This document shows positions 49,562 through 58,887 of a DNA stretch of 64,000 nt, in pieces (position 1 is the first letter of the stretch; every line of letters starts with the position of its first letter). The DNA is taken from NCBI GenBank assembly GCA_051881195.1, contig JBJEPK010000010.1, positions 1,389-65,388 on the forward strand, read 5' to 3'. Made by a program: the position numbers and the translations under genes. The notes beneath the pieces were generated by a model. The model did not search any database. It had not been told where the DNA came from and was given only the letters and a program-made list of their open reading frames with translations. The stretch comes from Eubacterium sp. GTDB lineage: Bacteria; Bacillota; Clostridia; Oscillospirales; Acutalibacteraceae.

Positions 49562-51274
49562 TTATTTCATAAACTCGTTGGCTGCGGCAATCAGTTGCTC
49601 TGCTAATGCGTTGGCACTGTCCCTGTCGCTGCCGATTGCTGTAATATATGCCTTAATTTTCGGCTCTGTACCGGACGGTCTGACAATAACCTTATTGCCG
49701 TCGGCAAGTTGAAAATCGAGAACATTGGATTTAGGCAAATCTATGGGTTCAACTCTGCCGTCGGTATATGCGGTGGTGCTTGCCATATAATCAGCAACTG
49801 CAACTACGGACATACCTGCTATCTGCTGTGGTGGATTGGTACGCAGTGTATCCATAATGCCTGCCATCTTTTCCATACCGGCAGCGCCCTCAAAGGTGTA
49901 GGATTCAACCACATTTGCATAATAGCCAAAATCGTCATACAGTGAGTTCATAACATCAACAAGATTCATATTCTTTGTCTTGTAATATGCAGCCATCTCA
50001 CAAATTAGCATGGATGCCACGACTGCGTCCTTGTCCCTGGCATGAGTGCCGGCAAGGTAGCCATAGGACTCTTCAAATCCCATAACAAAATCATCGGCTC
50101 TTCCCTGGCTCTCCAGGTTGGTAATCAACTCGCCGATATACTTAAATCCTGTGAGCAAATTCTTGAATGTGCAATTATATTTTTTGGCAATAACCTCGGC
50201 AAGATCGGTGCTTACAAAACTCTTTACTGCAATAGCCGATGCAGGCAAAGTACCCTTTTCTTGCCTTTGAGACAAAAGGTAATTAAGAAGCATAGCCCCA
50301 ACCTCATTACCTGTCATCAACACCAACTCTCCGGACTTGTCGGGTACTGCAATACCAACACGGTCACAGTCCGGGTCGGTAGCCAGCAAAATATCTGCGT
50401 CGATTTTTTTGTTCATCTCAAGTCCAATTTCGAAAACCTGCTTGATTTCCGGATTAGGGAATGGGCAAGTTGGGAAGTTACCGTCCGGATTTTCCTGCTC
50501 AGGCACAACATATACCCGGTCAATGCCGATACGACTGAGTATCTGTCTTACAGGCTTATTGCCCGTACCGTTAAGTGGAGTATATATAACCTTCAAGTCA
50601 GCATTCCTGATTATATCGGGGTTTACACACTGCTTTTGTACCTGGTCAAGGAATAAATCAATAACCTCCTGACCCACATATTGGATGGCGCCGTCAGCCA
50701 CAGCTTGGTCAAAATCAACACGCTTGATACCGGTAAAATAATCCACCTTTTGGATAAACTCGTAGGTCTCGGCAGCCTCAGCGTCAGTCATTTGATAGCC
50801 CTTTGGGTTGTAACACTTGTAGCCATTGTACTTGGCAGGATTATGAGAGGCAGTAAGGATAATACCGCTGGATGTGTGGAAGTGACGGATAGCAAAGGAC
50901 AGGCACGGAGTAGGCTCCAGCTCCTCAAAAAGATACACCTTAATGCCGTTTGCCGCAAGAATAGAAGCAGCCTCCTTGCTGAAATACTCACTCTTAATAC
51001 GAGAGTCATATCCGATAGCAATGGATGGATTGTCGTAATTCTTATTGAGGAAATCGGACAAGCCCTGTGTAGCTCTGCCCACTGTGTAGATATTCATACG
51101 ATTGGTACCGGCACCGATAACACCGCGAAGGCCTGCTGTACCGAACTCAAGAGAACGGTAAAACCTGTCGAGAATCTCGTCATCATTACCCTTGATACTC
51201 TCCAACTCAGCAATCAGGTCAGGGTCGCCTGTGGCCTTTTGGAGCCATTCATTATACAAACAATTAATATCCAT
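49562..51274 (-). CDS. pgm: Phosphoglucomutase/phosphomannomutase
   Basis: FGTAGLRG, TASHNP, TDPDCDR, GFEESYG and RPSGTEPKIK motifs. Confidence 0.93.
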   Translation of the reverse strand: MDINCLYNEWLQKATGDPDLIAELESIKGNDDEILDRFYRSLEFGTAGLRGVIGAGTNRMNIYTVGRATQGLSDFLNKNYDNPSIAIGYDSRIKSEYFSKEAASILAANGIKVYLFEELEPTPCLSFAIRHFHTSSGIILTASHNPAKYNGYKCYNPKGYQMTDAEAAETYEFIQKVDYFTGIKRVDFDQAVADGAIQYVGQEVIDLFLDQVQKQCVNPDIIRNADLKVIYTPLNGTGNKPVRQILSRIGIDRVYVVPEQENPDGNFPTCPFPNPEIKQVFEIGLEMNKKIDADILLATDPDCDRVGIAVPDKSGELVLMTGNEVGAMLLNYLLSQRQEKGTLPASAIAVKSFVSTDLAEVIAKKYNCTFKNLLTGFKYIGELITNLESQGRADDFVMGFEESYGYLAGTHARDKDAVVASMLICEMAAYYKTKNMNLVDVMNSLYDDFGYYANVVESYTFEGAAGMEKMAGIMDTLRTNPPQQIAGMSVVAVADYMASTTAYTDGRVEPIDLPKSNVLDFQLADGNKVIVRPSGTEPKIKAYITAIGSDRDSANALAEQLIAAANEFMK

Positions 51275-51390
51275 AAACAATATCTCCTAAGAAAAAACTA
51301 ACTACATTTTAATATTATTATTTCGTATTGTCAATATCACTTTTTTAATGTATAATATTAATTAAAGAATAGTATCTGTTGGTGATTAAC

Positions 51391-52914
51391 ATGTTTGCAA
51401 AGGTAAACAGCGAGGGAATATTCGGTATAGACAGCTTTGATGTACAAGTTGAGGCTGATATAAGCTCCGGATTGCCGCGATTCGATATAGTTGGTCTGCC
51501 CGACGCCTCCGTTAAGGAGAGTCGTGAGCGAGTCAGAGCCTCAATAAAGAATACGGGACTGGATTTTCCTGTATCGAGAATCACGGTTAATATCGCCCCT
51601 GCCGATATAAAAAAGGAAGGTTCTATATATGACCTGCCGATATTGATAGCAATACTCAAAGCCAGTGGCCAAATCACCGGTGACATCAGTCAATACGCAT
51701 TTATCGGCGAGCTGTCGCTGGATGGCGAAATTCGTAGTGCCAACGGCGTGCTGCCAATGGTAATGAGAGCCAAGGAAAACAATATGTCAGCCATATTTGT
51801 ACCGGCCGTCAATGCGACTGAAGGCAGTGTTGTATCAGGTATTGATGTACTCCCTGCCGGCAATATTCGAGATATACTGGCTCACCTGAGCGGTCTGTTC
51901 CTAATCGAGCCTATGAGCAGCAAAATAGAGCCTGACCAAGTACTGGAGGAAGAGCTGGACTACTGTGATGTAAGGGGCCAGGAACAAGCGAAGCATGCGC
52001 TGGAAATTGCCGCAGCAGGCGGCCACAACATAATGATGATAGGTCCACCGGGCACCGGCAAATCCATGCTGGCAAAGCGTATCGGCTCAATACTGCCGGA
52101 AATGACCTTTGACGAAAAAATTGAAACAACCAAGGTGTACTCCGTAGCCGGAGAACTGACAGAGAATGTAAAGCTAATATCCAAAAGGCCATTCCGTCAT
52201 CCCCACCACACCATATCGGCACAGGGACTGACCGGTGGTGGCTCAACGCCAAAGCCGGGCGAAATCAGTCTGGCTCATAACGGTGTGCTGTTTCTGGACG
52301 AATTTCCGGAATTTGACCGTAGGGCAAAGGAGTCCCTTCGCCAGCCAATCGAGGACGGAACAGTGACTGTATCACGAACATCGGGCACTGTTACATACCC
52401 ATCCAGCATAATGCTTGTGGCTGCAATGAACCCATGCCCCTGCGGGTACAAGGGCCACCCCACAAGAGAATGTTCATGCAGCGAAGCCATACTAAAGAGA
52501 TATAAGGACAAAGTATCCGGACCTCTGCTGGACAGAATTGACATCCATGTTGAGGTACAGAACATCGAGTACGAAACATTGTCCAGCAAGCAAAAGGAGG
52601 AATCCAGCGCCGAAATACGCAAGCGTGTAAACAAGGCCAGAGACAAGCAAAGAGAACGCTTTGCCGGCACGGGAATCACCTGTAACGCAAAGATGACCCC
52701 TGCTGCCACACGAGAATTTTGCATACTCACCCCGGAGGCTGACGCTATGATGAAAAACAGCTTTGAGTCCATGGGGATGTCGGGCAGAGCCTATGACAAA
52801 ATACTGAGAGTTGCCAGAACCATTGCCGACCTGGATGACAGCGAATACATTGAGATACAGCACATTGCCGAGGCAATCCAATTCAGGGCACTGGACAGAA
52901 AATATTGGGAGTAA
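51391..52914 (+). CDS. comM: YifB/ComM Mg-chelatase-like AAA+ ATPase
   Basis: IVGLPD, GELSLDG, GPPGTGKS, PGEISLAHNGVLFLDE and NPCPCG motifs. Confidence 0.92.
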   Translation: MFAKVNSEGIFGIDSFDVQVEADISSGLPRFDIVGLPDASVKESRERVRASIKNTGLDFPVSRITVNIAPADIKKEGSIYDLPILIAILKASGQITGDISQYAFIGELSLDGEIRSANGVLPMVMRAKENNMSAIFVPAVNATEGSVVSGIDVLPAGNIRDILAHLSGLFLIEPMSSKIEPDQVLEEELDYCDVRGQEQAKHALEIAAAGGHNIMMIGPPGTGKSMLAKRIGSILPEMTFDEKIETTKVYSVAGELTENVKLISKRPFRHPHHTISAQGLTGGGSTPKPGEISLAHNGVLFLDEFPEFDRRAKESLRQPIEDGTVTVSRTSGTVTYPSSIMLVAAMNPCPCGYKGHPTRECSCSEAILKRYKDKVSGPLLDRIDIHVEVQNIEYETLSSKQKEESSAEIRKRVNKARDKQRERFAGTGITCNAKMTPAATREFCILTPEADAMMKNSFESMGMSGRAYDKILRVARTIADLDDSEYIEIQHIAEAIQFRALDRKYWE

Positions 52915-52917
52915 AAT

Positions 52918-53565
52918 ATGGAAAACTATATTGCAGAAACTATAAAAAATCTTGAGCGAAACAACTTTATGCCATATTATGTAGAAACCAAAGAGGAGGT
53001 TGTGCCGCTAATCAAAACACTTATCAACAAGGGCGACAGCCTATCCAACGGTGGCAGCGAAACCATCAAGGAGTGTGGCGTATTTGAGCAAATTTTGGAG
53101 AGCGGTGACTACAACTTTATCGACCGCAGGGGACTTGAGGGCGAGGCTATTCGCCAAAGCTACATTGCCGCATACGGATGCGACACATACATCTGTTCCT
53201 CCAACGCAGTTACTCAAAGAGGTGAGCTATACAATGTTGACGGCAACAGCAATAGAGTATCCTGCATTGTGTACGGCCCCAGGCAGGTAATCATTGTGGT
53301 AGGCAAAAACAAAATTGTGCCCGACATCAATTCTGCTATGGAGAGAGTAAAAACCACTGCTGCCCCACCAAACTGTGTTAGGCTGGACTGCGCCACTCCT
53401 TGCAGCAAAACCGGTCACTGCATATCCCTGGATAACCCGGACAGTTATATATGTGACGGTTGTGGTACGGACGCCAGAATCTGTTGCAACTATGTTGTAT
53501 CTGCCCGCCAAAGACACAAGGACAGAATCAAGGTAATAATAGTGAACGAAAGCTTGGGATACTGA
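52918..53565 (+). CDS. LUD-domain (lactate utilisation LutC-like) protein
   Basis: GGSET, SSNAVT..GELYNVDGNSNRV and GKNKIV motifs; Cys-rich C-terminus. Confidence 0.85.
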   Translation: MENYIAETIKNLERNNFMPYYVETKEEVVPLIKTLINKGDSLSNGGSETIKECGVFEQILESGDYNFIDRRGLEGEAIRQSYIAAYGCDTYICSSNAVTQRGELYNVDGNSNRVSCIVYGPRQVIIVVGKNKIVPDINSAMERVKTTAAPPNCVRLDCATPCSKTGHCISLDNPDSYICDGCGTDARICCNYVVSARQRHKDRIKVIIVNESLGY

Positions 53566-53617
53566 TTTTTATCTGAAACCTATACAAACAATATTAACGA
53601 TAGTAAAGGAGATTATT

Positions 53618-54562
53618 ATGAAAACGACAAAGAGAATTTTCGCCCTGCTAATGACATTTGTTTTGTTAGCATCAACATTATCGGCAACAAGTATATCATC
53701 CCTTGCTGCCACTACAAGTACACCTACATACAAGATTACATTAACTAAAGCATTGCCGTCATCCGCTTCTGCAGGAAACAACGATATTAGCACCATTTCC
53801 GCAAAATTTACGGTACAGTACAAAGAAAGCGAAAAACTAGACAAATACAATCCACGCTTTTCATCCACTCACAACAGTGTTGTAACCTTTGAGCGTTGTG
53901 ACGCAAACTTATTCGATACCCAAAACGGTTACACCACGAGAAAATTCACGGCATATTTTACAGTTGAGGGCTTGGGCAAGGCAAAGATTACCGCCAAATT
54001 CGGCGACAAATCAGTTAACCTGGGCACAGTCAGTGTGCGCAATGTATATAAGATGTGCAAAAATAACAGCGTGTATTCCTATCCAACAATTAACGCTAAG
54101 GAATATACCGGATGGAAGGCTGAAAACGGCTCCTGCGTTAAGCTGAACCAAACCTCATTCAAAACCCTAAAAGAAAACAAATACGATGTTGTTCTTTACA
54201 AGGTTATCAATGATGTAAAATACAGAATGCATTTAGGTATCAGAACCAGTGCTTCTCTGACAAAAATAATAAAATCCAACGACCCCATTTATACCGATGC
54301 CGATTATGGCAAAAAATACTTTGAAGACAACAGTATAAAAAGAGTAAAATCAAAATACATATACAGGGTTTGCAACTGTATTCATGTTTACCGTGATTTG
54401 TACTATACCGGGAAAAAAAATCGCACTCAAATATGGTCATGCGGAATAATGTTCTACAACGGCAAAAATGTAATCTACTCTTCTCGCGCAGGTGATGCTT
54501 GGGAAATCTCAAAAGAAGATTTTGGCGTAAGAGAAGCCGGAGGCCATAACTACGGAGCATAA
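53618..54562 (+). CDS. Hypothetical secreted protein
   Basis: AAGGAG RBS and signal peptide; basic, beta-rich; no family recognised. Confidence 0.7.
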   Translation: MKTTKRIFALLMTFVLLASTLSATSISSLAATTSTPTYKITLTKALPSSASAGNNDISTISAKFTVQYKESEKLDKYNPRFSSTHNSVVTFERCDANLFDTQNGYTTRKFTAYFTVEGLGKAKITAKFGDKSVNLGTVSVRNVYKMCKNNSVYSYPTINAKEYTGWKAENGSCVKLNQTSFKTLKENKYDVVLYKVINDVKYRMHLGIRTSASLTKIIKSNDPIYTDADYGKKYFEDNSIKRVKSKYIYRVCNCIHVYRDLYYTGKKNRTQIWSCGIMFYNGKNVIYSSRAGDAWEISKEDFGVREAGGHNYGA

Positions 54563-54573
54563 CCAATATGCAA

Positions 54574-54988
54574 AAAGAGAGTCAATCGACTCTCTTCAGC
54601 GTGTAGAAAAAGTCCAATATTAAATTTCTACACGCTGGCAGACTTCGAGAAATGGAACTGAATTTCGTTTTCTTGCGAGTGGGAGCTGTACGTCGTCCAA
54701 ACATATTCCGCATAGAACAAAACAAAGTTTTGTAAATATGCTTCATATGTTTCTCCTCTTCCCAACAAACTAAAGTTTGTCGGGAGCCCTTATTCTCAAC
54801 TGAGCAAAAAACGAAAAACGTCAAAACTGCCTTGGATTAGATGTCCAAGGCAGTTTTACAATCCCTCCGTCAGCGCATAAGCGCTGCCACCTCTTTACAC
54901 AAAGGAGGCTTAATCGGTTTGTTTTATTTTATTTGGCGTGGTTCAGACCACTTTATCGACAGTCTAAAGAGAGTCAATCGACTCTCTT
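54574..54988. repeat. 23-bp direct repeat (duplicated terminator hairpin) flanking an insertion
   Basis: AAAGAGAGTCAATCGACTCTCTT at 54574-54596 and 54966-54988. Confidence 0.85.
54639..54965. mobile_element. MITE-like non-autonomous element, copy 1 (with extra ~95-bp internal segment)
   Basis: Near-identical to 58621-58854; imperfect terminal IRs CAGACT.TCGAGAAA / TTTATCGACAGTCT; internal hairpins; no transposase. Confidence 0.75.
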
Positions 54989-55261
54989 TTTTTGCGCCTC
55001 TCGGTCATATTTTTTGTTAATAAAATATACCACCAAATTCATACCGACCACAATGATATTAAGAATGTAAAATACGAGAACATAATTGATTTGGTGGTTA
55101 ATCAGCTTGGCCGATATGCCGGCAACATAACCCACCATAATCAAAATCAAAAACTTCAGGCTGGTTGCCTTTGCCGTGTGAGCCTTAATGCTCTTTATCA
55201 AATTTATCGGCCAGGATAGGCCAAAACAAATAAGCATAACTGTCTCCAAAAAGTTAGCCAT
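54974..55261 (-). CDS. Small PQ-loop/SemiSWEET-like 3-TM protein
   Basis: LETVMLICFGLSWP..KS...TAK..SL.F..GY..GI..K pattern. Confidence 0.75.
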   Translation of the reverse strand: MANFLETVMLICFGLSWPINLIKSIKAHTAKATSLKFLILIMVGYVAGISAKLINHQINYVLVFYILNIIVVGMNLVVYFINKKYDREAQKKRVD

Positions 55262-55314
55262 AATATCCCCCTACTCAAAACAAAGGAGAGGCAGCGCCCC
55301 TCCTATCTTGTATT

Positions 55315-56172
55315 CTAATTATCTCCGGCAGTCTCGTAGCTGAATGATGAGGCGTTGTAGCCAAAATACTTCTCTACCAAAGGAGTAAAGGTATCGCCGT
55401 CGCCATACTTATCACTCTTTTGCTCACGGATTGCCTCGTTGATTGAATCCTTCCAGCCACTGTATTTTTTGCAAGCGATATAATACTCTACAGTATCCAG
55501 TTCTTTATCAAGAATTGCATAATTCTCTGACCTGTCACTAGGCATAAATGTAAGCTCATCAACCACTACAGCATCAGCCTTGCCTGTATCCAGCATATCT
55601 AATGCAGCGTCAAGGTCGTCGGCAGGGCCAACCGGCTTGATGGCGCCCGCAATTTTTGAATTAAGCTCCAGAGCCTTGTTAGCTATATCGCCTACGGCAA
55701 CAACCCTATGTCCACCGAGATTGGCATAGCTCTTCACTTCACTATCCTTTGCTGTAACAGTGACAACCCTGTTGGTGATAATAGGCTGAGTAAAGGAATA
55801 ATCCTCGTTGATTGTGCCATGATTCTTATAAACAGCACCCATCAGCAACGCAGCGCTGTATTCCTTACCGCCATTCTTGTTAACAAATCCGCCGTCTTCC
55901 TCAAGATTATAGCCCTCGTCAACCTGCTCAAACACATAGCTCTTTAGGTCGCCCTTGACACTGTCGAATATTGCTGACCACAGGTCTGCAAAAAAGCCTG
56001 TTGCCTTGCCCTTGTCGTCCACCTCAAGGAATGGAGCCACCGACTCTGTATAGCCGATAATACATACGGTATCACTGTACTTTGCCTCCTGATTTGATGA
56101 GCATCCGGTAAACATAACGCCCACCAAAGCAACGACCATTAACAGAGATAACACTCTTTTTGTAATCCTCAT
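55315..56172 (-). CDS. Polar amino-acid ABC-type substrate-binding lipoprotein (orphan)
   Basis: Lipobox FTGC; APF..G..ADL, FTQP and LDTGKADAVVVD motifs. Confidence 0.78.
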   Translation of the reverse strand: MRITKRVLSLLMVVALVGVMFTGCSSNQEAKYSDTVCIIGYTESVAPFLEVDDKGKATGFFADLWSAIFDSVKGDLKSYVFEQVDEGYNLEEDGGFVNKNGGKEYSAALLMGAVYKNHGTINEDYSFTQPIITNRVVTVTAKDSEVKSYANLGGHRVVAVGDIANKALELNSKIAGAIKPVGPADDLDAALDMLDTGKADAVVVDELTFMPSDRSENYAILDKELDTVEYYIACKKYSGWKDSINEAIREQKSDKYGDGDTFTPLVEKYFGYNASSFSYETAGDN

Positions 56173-56280
56173 AAATAATCCTCCCAATTAGGATAGTTAC
56201 ACACCAATTTTATATTAAAACATAACTAAAGTCAAGTAATACTATTGACTTTAGTGAACAGTTGAATTAATCTATAACCT

Positions 56281-56961
56281 ATGGAATATAAAAATATAGT
56301 AGAGGCCACCTTTGTGGACAGACCCAACAGATTCATAGCACATTGTATTGCGGACGGAAATATCCAAACCGTACATGTAAAGAATACCGGCAGATGCAAG
56401 GAGCTGCTAACGCCCAATGCAACAGTATATCTTGAAGTAAGCGATAATCCTAACAGAAAAACAAAATACGACCTAATCGCTGTAAAGAAGTGTGACAAAC
56501 TAATAAATATGGACTCCCAGGCACCAAACAAGGCTGCCTACGAGTGGCTAAGCAACGGAGGTTATATCAAAGCACCGATTCTTGTAAAGCCCGAAGCAAA
56601 ATACGGGAACTCGCGAATCGACTTTTACATAGAGAGCAAAAGCGAAAAAGCATATATCGAGGTAAAGGGCGTAACACTTGAGAATGACGGAATAGCATGC
56701 TTTCCGGATGCTCCGACCCAACGAGGGTCAAAGCATCTGCGTGAACTGATAAAGGCTAAAGAAAACGGATACAAAGCAGCGGTGTTGTTTGTAATCCAAA
56801 TGAAAGGATGCACAAAATTCATTCCCAATGACATTACCGACCCGGATTTTGCCGATACACTGCGCCTAGCCGGAAAAAACGGAGTGGAGGTACTGGCAAT
56901 GGACTGTGTCATCACGCCCGGCAGTATGGTGATTGATAAGCCTGTAATAATTGAATTGTAA
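56281..56961 (+). CDS. sfsA: SfsA family PD-(D/E)xK nuclease-like protein
   Basis: RPNRF, NTGRCKELL, SRIDF, EVKGVTL and FPDAPTQRG motifs. Confidence 0.95.
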   Translation: MEYKNIVEATFVDRPNRFIAHCIADGNIQTVHVKNTGRCKELLTPNATVYLEVSDNPNRKTKYDLIAVKKCDKLINMDSQAPNKAAYEWLSNGGYIKAPILVKPEAKYGNSRIDFYIESKSEKAYIEVKGVTLENDGIACFPDAPTQRGSKHLRELIKAKENGYKAAVLFVIQMKGCTKFIPNDITDPDFADTLRLAGKNGVEVLAMDCVITPGSMVIDKPVIIEL

Positions 56962-57019
56962 TTGACATATCGACAAAAAGGATTATAATATACACAAATA
57001 TAAAAGAGAGGTCAAAGCA

Positions 57020-58219
57020 ATGATAACACTTGACAGGGTGTACAAGGCATCCAATGTGCTCAAGGAAGTAGTAAGAGAAACGGATATGATTGCTGCTCCA
57101 AAGCTTAGCAACTCGGCAAACATCTACCTAAAAACCGAGAATTTGCAGGTTACCGGCTCATTTAAGGTAAGGGGCTCATACTTTAAGATTAGCCAACTCA
57201 CCGAGGAGGAGCAAAGCAACGGCGTAATCGCCTGCTCTGCCGGCAATCACGCCCAGGGCGTGGCACTGGCTGCCACAAAAAAGGGCATCAAGTCCATTAT
57301 TTGCCTGCCTGACGGTGCACCTATCAGCAAAGTAGAGGCTACAAAAAAATACGGGGCAGAGGTATGCCTGGTTAAGGGAGTATATGACGACGCCTACAAC
57401 AAAGCACTACAGATAAAAGACGAAAAAAATATGACCTTTATCCACCCGTTCAACGACCCCGATGTTATCGCCGGCCAGGGTACAATCGGTCTGGAGATTA
57501 TTCGTCAGCTGCCGGAGGTTGATGTTGTGGTTGTACCAATCGGTGGCGGCGGACTCATCGGCGGTATCGCATACACCATCAAACAGCTGAAGCCAACCTG
57601 CAAGGTGTATGGAGTACAAGCTGCAGGCGCCCCATCCATGGAGCAGAGCATAAACGACAACACTATCGAGACTCTGGATTATGTCAACACAATAGCCGAC
57701 GGTATTGCAGTAAAAACTCCCGGCACTCTAACATACGATTTATGCAAAAAATATGTTGACGGCATTGTGACAGTCAGCGATGACGAGATCGCGCTGGCAA
57801 TACTCACTCTCATAGAACAGCAAAAGCTCATTGCCGAAGGTGCGGGCGCAGTGCCTGTTGCTGCAATTATGAACGGCAAAATCCCCGATATTGACGGCAA
57901 GAATGTGTGTTGTATCGTATCGGGAGGCAATATTGATGTTACTATCTTGTCCCGCGTTATTGAGCGAGGACTGAAGATGGGCGGCAGAACAGCAGATATA
58001 GTAATCGCTCTGTCAGACAAACCGGGTCAGCTCAGCGGTGTAAGCCAAATCATTGCCGACCAGGGGGCAAATGTAGTATCTGTTAACTACGACTCCACCG
58101 ACCTGGATATGAACATAACCGACTGCTACCTAAAAATAGGTGTAGAAACAAGGAATTTTGAACACATTGTATCAGTAAAGAAGGCACTTGCCGACGCAGG
58201 ATTCAAGGTGTGCGAATAA
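57020..58219 (+). CDS. ilvA: Threonine ammonia-lyase with C-terminal ACT domain
   Basis: ENLQVTGSFKVRG, SAGNHAQG, PIGGGGL and SGGNID motifs; DKPGQL ACT domain. Confidence 0.92.
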   Translation: MITLDRVYKASNVLKEVVRETDMIAAPKLSNSANIYLKTENLQVTGSFKVRGSYFKISQLTEEEQSNGVIACSAGNHAQGVALAATKKGIKSIICLPDGAPISKVEATKKYGAEVCLVKGVYDDAYNKALQIKDEKNMTFIHPFNDPDVIAGQGTIGLEIIRQLPEVDVVVVPIGGGGLIGGIAYTIKQLKPTCKVYGVQAAGAPSMEQSINDNTIETLDYVNTIADGIAVKTPGTLTYDLCKKYVDGIVTVSDDEIALAILTLIEQQKLIAEGAGAVPVAAIMNGKIPDIDGKNVCCIVSGGNIDVTILSRVIERGLKMGGRTADIVIALSDKPGQLSGVSQIIADQGANVVSVNYDSTDLDMNITDCYLKIGVETRNFEHIVSVKKALADAGFKVCE

Positions 58220-58235
58220 AAAAAGGAGTATCACT

Positions 58236-58607
58236 ATGGAATACGTATCAACAAACAATGCGCCCGGCGCAATCGGACCGTACAGCCAGGCAGTAAAATC
58301 AAACGGCTTTCTCTTTTCTTCAGGACAAATAGCTATCAATCCTGCCAGCGGCTGTGTTGAAGCAACCACAATCGAGGCACAGACCACCCAGGTGTGCGAG
58401 AACCTAAAGGCAGTATGCGAGGCTGCCGGTACATCACTGAACAAGGTGGTAAAGACAGTATGCTTTCTTGCAGACATCGACGATTTTGGAAAATTTAACG
58501 AAATATACGGCACTTATTTTACATCAAAGCCCGCACGCTCCTGCGTGGCAGTAAAGGACCTGCCAAAGGGCGTACTGTGTGAGGTTGAAATAATCGCAGA
58601 ACTTTAA
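58236..58607 (+). CDS. ridA: RidA family enamine/imine deaminase
   Basis: AIGPYSQA, SGQI and PARSCVAV..LPK motifs; coupled to the threonine dehydratase gene. Confidence 0.92.
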   Translation: MEYVSTNNAPGAIGPYSQAVKSNGFLFSSGQIAINPASGCVEATTIEAQTTQVCENLKAVCEAAGTSLNKVVKTVCFLADIDDFGKFNEIYGTYFTSKPARSCVAVKDLPKGVLCEVEIIAEL

Positions 58608-58620
58608 TAAAACAAAGCAA

Positions 58621-58854
58621 CAGACTTCGAGAAATGGAATTGAATTTCGTTTTCTTGCGAAGGAAGATGTATGCTTATACCTCGACTGAGCAAAAAACGA
58701 AAAACGTCAAAACTGCCTTGGATTAGATGTCCAAGGCAGTTTTACAATCCCTCCGTCAGCGCATAAGCGCTGCCACCTCCCTTTACACAAAGGAGGCTTA
58801 ATCGGTTTGTTTTATTTTATTTGGCGTGGTTCAATCCACTTTATCGACAGTCTG
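58621..58854. mobile_element. MITE-like non-autonomous element, copy 2
   Basis: Ends CAGACT.TCGAGAAATGGA and TCCACTTTATCGACAGTCTG; same orientation as copy 1; abuts the terminator at 58855-58882. Confidence 0.75.
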
Positions 58855-58887
58855 ACACCCGTCGTGAAATCACGGCGGGTGTATTTT
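58855..58887. terminator. Terminator between ridA and the convergent ADH gene
   Basis: ACACCCGTCGTGA/TCACGGCGGGTGT stem followed by ATTTT. Confidence 0.7.

Noticed and set aside
54582-54824. 80-aa minus-strand ORF ending KRVD like the neighbouring gene
   Set aside because: It lies inside the repeat element, and the shared ending comes from the duplicated 23-bp target.
56281-56961. SfsA or the CPBP (Abi) protease as anti-phage defence genes
   Set aside because: Both are common housekeeping-context families, and no defence-island neighbours are present.
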